24,650 bases of DNA from assembly GCA_054661495.1 (NCBI GenBank), contig BAAFSQ010000145.1, positions 1-24,650 on the forward strand, read 5' to 3'. This stretch comes from Zygophlyctis sp. KS116. Taxonomy: Eukaryota > Fungi > Chytridiomycota. The notes under the pieces were generated by a model that saw only the letters and a list, made by a program, of their open reading frames with translations, did not search any database and had not been told where the DNA came from. Both the position numbers and the translations under genes were made by a program. The first letter of the stretch is position 1. Each line of letters begins with the position of its first letter. Shown here in pieces: positions 11,565-21,152 of the stretch.

Positions 11565-12548
11565 ATGGCGCACCGCTCGGACAAGGGGGTCCCGTACTTG
11601 GGTTTGTTTCAAACTTTCAAATTTTCAATGACGGTCGAATGTTCTGTTGGCCTTTCTCTCCATCGCAGAAAGGAATTCAAGTTTAATCTCAAGGAAAAAC
11701 ATTTGATCAACTATTCGAAACTTTCTGGGAAAATTAAGAAATTGCTCTGGAATAATGTTGGAGCTGGAATGGTTTCTAAAGACTCTCTTGATATGGCTGA
11801 TATATACTATAATGAGGATCTCCTAACTGAAAATAACTTTCCTGATCTCAGTAGAGATGATTTAGCATTTGAAGTTTTCCCTAGGGATCCCCCAGATATT
11901 TTTGGTCTTATTTCTAATATGAATTCAAGATTGGATTCATTGGATTCTGAGATTGTTTCTTTAAAATCTGATAATGCTTCTTTAAAATCTGATAATGCCT
12001 CTTTAAAATCTGATAATGCTTCTCTAGAAACTCGAATCTCTTCATTAGCTTCTGATAATGCTTCTCTAGAAACTCGAGTCTCTTCCTTGAATTCACGAGT
12101 TGGTTTCTTGGAAAACTTTGTTGACCCCGTCGCAAAGCGTCGTTTGTTTGAAATGGTTCGCAATTTGGTTTGGGATTTCAAAAAGAAAAAGACTTCAAAT
12201 TACAAAACCGATCGCTGGAATGAATGTGTTGGGTCTTTGAATAGCAAAGACATTAAAAATCTTCACCTTGATTCACATTCAGATTTGGAACTTACGCTAT
12301 TTTCTGAACGAACTAAAGATGATTTTGCCAAAGCCCGACCATTTAATCAAGTAGATCATGAGGCAGGTGCGATTGTACATGATGCCAATCCTGTTTACAT
12401 TGCTTCCATGATAAAAAGGACAAATGACACACGATATCATGCTTTATTTCGTTGTGCATTTCGGGGGAAATCTCATCTAGATGAAATTTTCGATCCTCCC
12501 CAGGATGAATTATTAGAGGAGCCAAAAGCAAAGCGGCAGAAAAAATGA
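11565..12548 (+). CDS. Orphan intronless protein with heptad (coiled-coil) repeats and a C-terminal NLS
   Basis: 327-aa ORF (the start may instead be 11628, MTVECSV). SLKSDNA repeats. Ends in PKAKRQKK. Confidence 0.75.
   Translation: MAHRSDKGVPYLGLFQTFKFSMTVECSVGLSLHRRKEFKFNLKEKHLINYSKLSGKIKKLLWNNVGAGMVSKDSLDMADIYYNEDLLTENNFPDLSRDDLAFEVFPRDPPDIFGLISNMNSRLDSLDSEIVSLKSDNASLKSDNASLKSDNASLETRISSLASDNASLETRVSSLNSRVGFLENFVDPVAKRRLFEMVRNLVWDFKKKKTSNYKTDRWNECVGSLNSKDIKNLHLDSHSDLELTLFSERTKDDFAKARPFNQVDHEAGAIVHDANPVYIASMIKRTNDTRYHALFRCAFRGKSHLDEIFDPPQDELLEEPKAKRQKK
11958..12104 (+). repeat. In-frame 21-nt tandem repeat, about 7 copies
   Basis: TCTTTAAAATCTGATAATGC(T/C) x3, then the variants TCTCTAGAAACTCGA(A/G)TCTCT and TCATTAGCTTCTGATAATGCT. 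Confidence 0.9.
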
Positions 12549-12625
12549 GGTACATTTTCATCAATCTAATGCAGTAGATTTGATTTGCAAAATATTACTT
12601 TTAAGTTTCTAAATAATATTTTTTC

Positions 12626-13902
12626 ATGGGAAATCGCCGCAAGAACACAAGTTCTAATCCTCCATCCATGAGCAAAGGGCCTTCCAATGAGTCTGAATCT
12701 CCACAGCAGGTAATAAATGAAGAAATATTTATTCTAGAAGTTTAAACCAAATCTGAATATTCCAGTCATTACTATTGACACTTTCCTCAGTCCATTGAGC
12801 TATTTTATATTTTTAAATATCTATACTGCACCTATATTTTGGTTTCTGGTTGCTCCACTATTATGCATACCGTTTCTTCCTTTATTGGGTATCGGCATAT
12901 CGTGGGTTATCGGTAGCTCGTGTATAATATTGTATCGGATGCGCTCTGGGAAATTCAATAAAGTTGATTGGAAGAATGAAATTGTTGTAATTACTGGGGG
13001 TGATGCATGTAGTACTTATTGATTAGGATCTCATGGTTTGGGCAAAGAATTGGCTTCACAAATCGCTTCTAGTTGTAAACCACGTAAAATCATTGTTTTG
13101 GATGTAATTCCGGAAATCCATGAAAGCTCTTTGATAGCATACTATGAATGTGATATATCTGATCGTAGAAAAATTAAGATTGTAGCTGAATCTATAGTAC
13201 ATGATGTACTTTTGTTTTTTGAATTTTAGTATGGTTATCCAACAATCTTGATCAATAATGCTGGGATAGTCAAAGGGAAATCTTTCTTGGATCTATCAGA
13301 GACAGAAATTGAACGTACAATTGCAATAAATCTATTGGGTCAGATTTGGACTTGTAAAGTATTTCTGCCACACATGGTGGAAAAGAATCGTGGGCATATA
13401 GTAATTTTAGTTTTTTACTTAATCTAGTTAAATATATCTTCTGTTATGGGGATAACAGGTGTAAAGAATATGACGGATTATTGCGCCTCTAAATTTGGAT
13501 CTGTGGGTTTCTCAGAGTCTTTGCGTCAAGATTTGTCCGAAACGTACTTTTAAAATTTTATTTAATTTGCAGAAATGTTCAAGTTTCAACTTTATATCCA
13601 GGACTGATTGATACTGGAATGTTTTTTGGGGTTGATCACCATTTTCCAAGAATAACTCCTCCTCTAAATCAAAAATATGTTTCAGAAAAGATTATATCCG
13701 TTTTAGAGTCAGGAAGGGGTCAAGATCTGAAATTGCCTTTTTACTCAAATTTCGCAGCATTTCTTAGAATTATCCCACGGGAATTCTCTGATTTTATAAG
13801 ACAGGTATACTTTTAGGTCACTTATTCAAGGTAACTGGCGCTAATAGTGACATGAAAAAGTTCAAATACAGTTTAAGCGGTTCAAAACCTGAAAAGATCT
13901 AA
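12626..13902 (+). CDS. Membrane-anchored short-chain dehydrogenase/reductase (retinol dehydrogenase/17beta-HSD11-like)
   Basis: Hydrophobic N-terminal segment, ITGGSHGLG after splicing 13000-13026, ILINNAG, NISS and the YCASK active-site motif. Several short introns. Confidence 0.88.
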
Positions 13903-13911
13903 AAACATTTT

Positions 13912-16212
13912 TTATTTTTGTTGTTGTTTCTTTTTGTAATCTTCGACTAATTGCTGCTGAACAAAAGGTAAAACTGGAGAATGGCGTTTGTAAACCATGG
14001 AAAACTCGCCTTTTCCTTGTGTGATTGATCGTAAATCGGTAGAAAATCCAAACATATCATTCAAAGGGACTTGGGAAGATATTTCAACATATTCATCGTT
14101 TACTTCCGAATCTCCTATCATTCCTTTTCTCTTATTGAGTAATGCAATGCATGGTCCTTGAAATTCTGTGGGAGCAGTTACGCTTACGTCCATAATTGGT
14201 TCAAGAATGATCGGATTGGCTTTTAAGCAGGCTACTGGTCATTTATCGTATTCATACCTTCACGAACACCATATATCGCAGCCATTTTAAATGCCATTTC
14301 ACTGGAATCAACTGCATGTGCTAATCCATCTTCCAACACCATTCGTACTTTCGTCATTGGGTGTCCAATAAGAGGTCCCTTTTGGCAAACTTCTTTGAAA
14401 CCCTGATAATTAAAGACTTATCAAGCAAACCTTTTCTATTCCTGGAACATATTCCGATGGTATATTCATACCGACAGTTTGGTTCAAGAACTCTACAGGT
14501 TCAGAATCTTCATCACTTTCTTCAATCGGTTCCAAGTATCCTGATATTCTAGCAAACTGACCCGATCCACCTGATTGTTTTTTATGAGTATAATTAATAT
14601 TCGCTTCGGATGTAATTGTTTCTCTAAAAGCAACTCGTGGTTTTCCTGTGACACAATCTACTTTATATTCTCTTCTCATTCTTTCTACGTAAATTTCCAA
14701 ATGCAATTCTCCCATCCCAGAAATAATTGTCTAATGTTATTATTTTCAAAAAAGTACCTCTTTACTTTCCTCATCTAAATGAACTTTGAATGTTGGGTCT
14801 TCCCTCTGAAATCTTTGTAATGCCTTTGAAAAGTTTGTTGTATCCTTGCTTTTGGGTGTTATAGAAAGAGAAATGACAGGATCTGGAACAAACATTGAAG
14901 TCATTGAATATGAATGTTTTCCATCAGTAAATGTATCACCAGAAGCACATTCAACTCCAAAAAGTGCACATATTTCTCCAGAATTAACTGATTCTACGTC
15001 TTCCATTTCATTTGAATGCATCCGCACAACTCTAGGTACTTTAACTTTTTTTCCTGTTCTTGTATTGACCAACCAATCGCCCTTTCTTAAAGTCCCTTGA
15101 TAAATGCGCATGTAAGTAAGCTGCCCGAATCGCCCTTCTTCTAATTTAAAAGCAAGAGCCACCATTGATTCTTCAGAAGAATTAGATAATGTAACCTTTT
15201 CCTCGTCTTTTTCAATATCTAATGCATGATTTTCAACTTGATGAGGAGCGGGAAGATATTTAACAACCCCATCTAGTAAAGGTTGTACTCCTTTGTTGTG
15301 ATACGCCGATCCCATAAAAACGGGAACAAAATTGTTTGCTATAGTTTGTTTTCTGATACATTGCTTTCTGATTAAACTAAATAAACTTACAGCCAACAAA
15401 TAATTATCAGGATCTTTTTCATCCAAAAAATACTCTGCCACGTCCTCATCTACATCAGCAACTGCAGCCACTAATTCCAATCTCTTCTGTTTAACCACCT
15501 CTAAATATGTCTTTGGAATTTCCGACACAATAACATTTTCACCTTTAGGCCCATCGTGATAGTAAGCTTTATTTTCCACTAAATCAATCACCCCTTTCAA
15601 TTCCCCTTCAATTCCTATTGGTATCTGAACGGCGGCAGCATTTAATTTCAGTTTTTGTCTTATTTGATCTAATACTTTCCAAGGCTTTGAACCAGTACGA
15701 TCTAATTTATTGATGAAACAAATTCGAGGGATCTGATAACGCTTCATCTGTCTATCAACAGTTATAGTTTGAGATTGAACACCTCCAACTGCACATAAAA
15801 CCAGTACTGCAGAATCCAAAACTCTCAGCGCTCGTTCTACTTCTATAGTGAAATCTACATGACCAGGGGTATCAATAATATTAATTGCAGTATCATTCCA
15901 TTTGGTATAAGTAGCTGCCGATTGAATTGTAATCCCCTTTTCTCTTTCCAATTCCATAGAGTCCATTTTGGCGCCAACATTATCTTTGCCCTTGACTTCA
16001 TGGATATCAGAAATACGACCAGTGTAATATAATATTCTTTCAGTCAGAGTTGTTTTCCCAGAATCAATATGAGCAGATATTCCAATATTTCTAGTTTTAA
16101 GTAAGCGATCAAGATCAGAATCGATCGCTTCAGAAACCGCAGCAGCTGCACTTGAATGCATTCTGTAAAGTTTACTAAATTGACGACATGATCGCAATAA
16201 CAATAGCGACAT
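13912..16212 (-). CDS. MEF1: Mitochondrial translation elongation factor G1
   Basis: [48 protein letters not shown] and TQGKGEFSM. Presequence-like N-terminus. Introns about 15364-15390, 14731-14757, 14403-14430 and 14232-14257. Confidence 0.95.
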
Positions 16213-16288
16213 TTGCTTATTTGAGCTTTTTTTAAGCGCCTAACCTTTCGACTTGTTTTAAATTGCACTAGTGTGCACAAGACTGTAA

Positions 16289-16968
16289 ATGAAGCTATGT
16301 ATTGCCATTAAATCTGGTCTAACAGCTCTGATAAATCCTAATAGAGCTGGTATCTACTCAATTTATTTAATATAATAGACGCTGTTGCGGCTCTTGGTGA
16401 AAGCACCGGAATCAGATCAGTTAAAATTATGAGAGATATGATGCTTACAAATGCTACAGGACGGCGTATTCTTAGAGAAAGACCTATTATAACAGAAATT
16501 AAGGAATCAGATCCTAAAACATTGGGAGGAGCAACTAATTTATTTTTAAAGGAAAACAGAATTGATATCACCGATCGGTCTCAAGTAAAATACATTGAGG
16601 ATCCAGAATTGGCATATGTAATGTTTAGATACAGGTAAATTTAATTATTTAATGTCAGACAAGTTCATGATTTATGGCATGTTTTATTTGGTCTAAATCA
16701 GATTACTATAGAGTCTGAATTAGCGTTAAAAGCAATTGAATGGACTCAAACTGGTCTTCCAATGAACCTCCTTAGTGTTTTACTTGGCCCTCTAAATCTA
16801 AATCCAATAAGTCGACATAATTTTTACTCAAAACTTCTTCCATGGGCTATTCAAGCAGGATCTAATGCAGAATTTTTAATGAATTGTTTGTATGAAGAAG
16901 AAATGTCTACTCCCTTGGAATCATTACGAAAAGATTTAGGTATTCAAACTTTTGATGATGTATTATGA
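16289..16968 (+). CDS. COQ4: Ubiquinone biosynthesis protein COQ4
   Basis: SGLTALINPNRA/DAVAALGESTG, GRRILRERP, YVMFRYRQVHDLWH and ELALKAIEWTQTGLPM. Introns 16350-16378 and 16635-16658. Confidence 0.9.
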
Positions 16969-17748
16969 ATCTTTGAAATACTTTGAACCACTTGATCTAC
17001 TGAATCCGCTCTTCCAAAATGCGCCAAATATTGACCATTTGGACCCATCAAATAAAAGAAAATACTATGATCAACTAAATAATCTGCAGTATCATCATCA
17101 ACAGCTAGTGGTGGAGCACTAAAATACATTCTAAATTGCTTTGCTATCCTTTTAATTTGCTGATAAGTCCCTGTTAGACCTAAAAATTTTGGATGAAATT
17201 CTAAAAATATTAGATTTCCACAAAATACCTAGTAAATATTCCTTTATAGATTCAACAGAATCTCTTTTTGGATCGCAACTGACAAATATAGGAACAATTT
17301 CATCCTTTTTAAATTCATTTCTAGCTTCTAATAATTAAAAAAAAATTAATTTACCTAGAGCATCAACTATTTTACCCATTTTTTCTAATTCTTCCGGACA
17401 AACATCTGGACAAAAGGTATACCCAAAATACATTAGCATATACTTTCCTCTAAAATCTAAATCGGTGACTGGGTTTCCAAAATGATCAACAAGAGAAAAA
17501 GGACCGCCAACTAGAGGTTTACCATATGAAGAAACTTTAGCTTCTTCTTTTCTCTTTTCCATCTTGTATTTTTCAATTTCGAAATAACCAATCAGTAAAC
17601 TAACAGACACAGCAACAATTCCAAATGACTTCCAACCCATTTTCCCAAAATTACTAGAATCCCTGGTTGTAGACATGAATGCTCTCTGATTTCGATTGAA
17701 TGCATTAGTCCTGAACTTGAGACATGATCGCAGTAACAATTGAGACAT
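16944..17748 (-). CDS. SCO1: SCO1 copper chaperone for cytochrome c oxidase
   Basis: TM helix, GGPFSLVD, FGYTFCPDVCPEEL (CxxxC) and DYLVDHSIFFYLMGP. Two short introns. Confidence 0.95.
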
Positions 17749-17803
17749 TTAGCAGCCTGGACGCAGCCCCCAGTTGAACCGTTCGGACGGATTATCTTTT
17801 CTA

Positions 17804-17848
17804 TTCATACTGCTCCTTATGTTCATACTGCTCCTTATGTTTATACTG
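17804..17848. repeat. 18-nt tandem repeat, 2.5 copies
   Basis: TTCATACTGCTCCTTATG x2 followed by TTTATACTG. Confidence 0.85.
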
Positions 17849-17932
17849 ATTGACGACTTGACTAATATTGGCTGGACTCCAAGCGCCACTTGCCAATGAG
17901 CCACATCGTGGATTGTTTGTTTAAGAAATATA

Positions 17933-18112
17933 ATGAATAGAGTTAAAAGAGCACAAACAATTTCCAGTGGAACTCCATCGACTAAAGAACAAACTGGCGC
18001 AATCCAAGATCAAGAACTTAAAAAGATTAACCATATTGACAATTTAAATGGTAAATTAGTTTATTAATATTTAGAAGAGACCCCAAGATCTGTTAAAAAA
18101 GGAGTTATTTAG
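17933..18112 (+). CDS. Possible small orphan protein (about 51 aa)
   Basis: MNRVKRAQTISSGTPSTKEQ...NLN/EETPRSVKKGVI*, with a typical 24-nt intron 18051-18074 (GTAAAT...TTTAG). May start at 17896 via another intron. Confidence 0.35.
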
Positions 18113-18141
18113 AATCTGAATAAATTCACAATGAGCTATAT

Positions 18142-18171
18142 TGAGATTTTAATGAGATTTTAATGAGATTT
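18142..18171. repeat. 11-nt tandem repeat
   Basis: TGAGATTTTAA x2 followed by TGAGATTT. Confidence 0.8.
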
Positions 18172-18224
18172 AGAGACAAATCAGTTGTTAGCGTTTTGTC
18201 TTTTAGTATTGACAGATAACTGAT

Positions 18225-19035
18225 ATGAGCTTTTCCAATATTTTAGGTACTTGTTGAGACTTATTCAAGGTTGGACATACTTTATTTCTTGGTCGGTATC
18301 ATTCTATCCTCAAGTGTACTTGAATATCATTAGTAAATGTAATGGACTATCAGCGGATTTTGCTACTCTAAACTCTCTTGGTGTAACTCTATACGCAATA
18401 TATACAAATGGACTAATGATTCCATATGTAAGATCAGCATACTTCTCAAGTAATTTTCTATATAATAACTTACAGGATGGAAAAGTGAACCAAATGTAAC
18501 AATTCATGATTTGTTTTTTGCTAATCATGCATTCGTATTAGCAAATATTATTTATCTTCAGCAATGGTATTATGGGAAATCTAAAACTAATGCATTTACT
18601 CTACAGTTTTGTTATTATGCAATTTATGGTGCAATCATTCTGTTACTAAGTACAACAAGTTCAACTTGTATTTTAGACGTTTTTTACTATTTATCGGCAG
18701 TAAAGGCAGTTATTACAGTTATAAAATATGTGCCTCAAGTACTTTTAAATATGAAAAATAAAGGTACTAGTGGATGGTCAATGGAAAATGTAATTTTGGA
18801 TTTTATTGGTGGATTATCTAGTTTAATTCAGGCTATAGTAGATGCAATGAATGCAAATGATGTTTATTTGATCATTGGAAATCCTATAAAATTTATGTTG
18901 GGACTGATATCATTAATGTTTGATATAGTTTTTATCTTTCAATACTTTTATTATAAAGTATCACAAGACTCTCAAATCTTTGAAAGTTTACTAGAGAATT
19001 CTGATTTGGAGAATGAAAATATTTCTCAAGATTAG
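18225..19035 (+). CDS. Cystinosin/ERS1-like PQ-loop cystine transporter
   Basis: MSFSNILG/WTYFISWSVSFYPQ (intron 18247-18269), second PQ loop IKYVPQVLLN..GWSMENVILDFIGG, and GNPIKFMLG. Confidence 0.9.
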
Positions 19036-20030
19036 TTAGTCTTCTTCTTCTTGTGCATCTAACCATGCTTCATATGATTCCAAAGTAGATTCTTCATTTC
19101 GTGATTTCCTATATTTTTCCTTTTTTTGTAATTGATATGCAATCACTTGCTGACCTCCAAAAAATCTTCCATTCATTCTCTAAAGTAAATTTTATACAAA
19201 TTTACCATTGCACATTCAACAGCTGAAACTGTTTCTTTAAATTTGACAGACATGACTCCTTCTGGCTCTAAATCATAGAGTACAACATTTGTAACTATTC
19301 CAAGTTTTTCACATTCTTCTCGAACATCCTGTTTAAGATCTAAAAGCAAACTTGGATCTTCCTTCAACTCTTCTAAAGTAAACATGTGTTTTAGTATAAC
19401 AATTTTTGCAAGTTTTTCAGACATTTCTGTAGCGTCTTCATCAAACCATTCCAATTTTTTTTCTAATTTTTGTCTTGCAGCCTCTAATTTCTTTTTTTGT
19501 TTGTATTTTAAAGGTTCTTTTTTCTCTGATTTTTCTGTAAATACAGCCTATTTCTTTTAAAATTTAAAAAAAATACTGGAGTTACTGATATTTTAGAACC
19601 AGAACCAAATCTGAATTCAGTATCATGCAAAAGACTAATACATAAATCTACAGATTCTGGTTTAAAATAAGAAACTAGTCCATCTCCTTTAAACTTTCCA
19701 GATTCGTCAGTATATAATTTTACTTTTGGTTCTCCTGAAAATAAGACATTTGTAATTAACCTGTGTCTACATCAATGAGTAATATTCCATATTTCTGAAA
19801 TGCATTCACAACTTCTTCCTTTATGACATCCAATGGAAGACCAGAGACATACACCGTCCTTGGTTTTGAAGGTTTCTTGATGGTTTCCTTGTCTATTTTG
19901 GCCTTTTTAGTCTTTTTTAGAGGAGTCTCTGCATCAGCTCCAGATACAGCATATACCGAAGCCTGTTCTTTAATCAAGTCATCAAAATCTATAGTTTAAT
20001 TTTTAGAATAAATTACCAGGTTGGTCCATC
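19036..20030 (-). CDS. CUS2: U2 snRNP-associated splicing factor CUS2/HTATSF1 (RRM + UHM)
   Basis: VYVSGLPLD, KVKLYTDESGKFKGDGLVSYFKPESV, VILKHMFTLEEL, DVREECEKLG and RFFGGQQV. First exon MDQP followed by intron 19989-20017. Confidence 0.88.
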
Positions 20031-20050
20031 TCAAGAAAAATTTAAATTTA

Positions 20051-21152
20051 TTATAATTTACAATGTTCAGACACATATCCAGAGAGCCATTTCAAGTTTA
20101 TCAATAAATATTTCATTCCTTTAGTCCAAACTTCATCCTGATTAAATTGCATTTTGATAGAAACATCACCAATTTTATCCTTTGAGATTCTATACGGTAA
20201 TCTAAACTTTGGATCTGTTCTTTCTGCAAAATCACCCAATTGTTCTATACAATTTAGAAATGCAACTAATCCAGAATCAAATCTCCTATTCCAATACAAC
20301 ATTCCTGTAAAATCTGATGAACCATAACATTCAAAAACTGATTTATCTCCATCTAATCTTTCAATCTTTGAAAATGATCCACATGGTATTAATTTAAAGC
20401 TTTTAAATGTAAAATTACATTTTTTACATAATGTATCTAGTAAAAACAATGCTTGTCCTACAGCTGCATTAATTTCGGACCTATAATTTTATTCTCAAAA
20501 TTAGAAAATACCATTCAACTTGGTATTCAGGTAATCTTCCCAGTCTTAATCCATTAATCATTCCAAATGGTCCATCATGACTTATCCTAAACGTATCATT
20601 ATATATATTGGTCTTTTTTAGTCTTTCTAATTGTGATTGAACAGTCTTTTTAACAGCATTTAGACTTGAAATTTCTGATGCAATATTTAAATTAAGAGAT
20701 TCAAATTCATTAATTTCCAACCAATGTGCATTCTCTTCGTCTTCAACTTCTTGCAATTCTTGCACTAATTCTAAATATTCCTTTTCCAAATCTTTTCTCT
20801 GTTGAATTAATTCATTTAAAGTCTTTAAAGACTCTTGTCTTTCATTCTCTAGACTAGACAAATCTTGAGAAATATATGACGGTGTTTGAGGAATTACAAG
20901 TGTCTGATAATCGTCCAATTCTAATTGTAAATTCGATAATTCATTCTCTAAATTTGTAATTATTTCTCCGCTGCAATTACAACACAATGGATGTTGGACT
21001 GGACTATTTCCAGACGCTAATTCAAACAATTGTCTCGTTAAATTCAGGCGATTAGAGAGCGAATTCGACTCATTAGAAATACTCAAGAGATTGGACTGCA
21101 ATTTAATAGGCTGAGAGCATTCTGTGCAATGAAATCCAGTCACTTCAATCAT
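20051..21152 (-). CDS. ATG6: Autophagy protein ATG6/Vps30/Beclin-1
   Basis: N-terminal FHCTECSQPIKL, HPLCCNC, coiled coil, TNIYNDTFRISHDGPFGMINGLRLGRLP, VEW/SEINAAVGQ (intron 20481-20511) and WTKGMKYLLINLKW. Confidence 0.95.

Noticed and set aside
11958-12104. Repeat arrays as CRISPR (also 24527-24608)
   Set aside because: No unique spacers, eukaryotic context and no cas genes.
11807-12181. Antisense ORFs over the heptad repeat (also 11914-12135)
   Set aside because: Shadow frames produced by the stop-free 21-nt repeat.
17770-17795. CCGT-TCGG-ACGG hairpin as part of a tRNA or ncRNA
   Set aside because: Only a 4-bp stem, with no cloverleaf or snoRNA boxes recognisable.
20031-20061. Possible 31-nt GTAAAT...GAG intron fusing ATG6 to CUS2
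   Set aside because: The phase is wrong (out of frame with CUS2, stops within a few codons) and GAG is an atypical acceptor.
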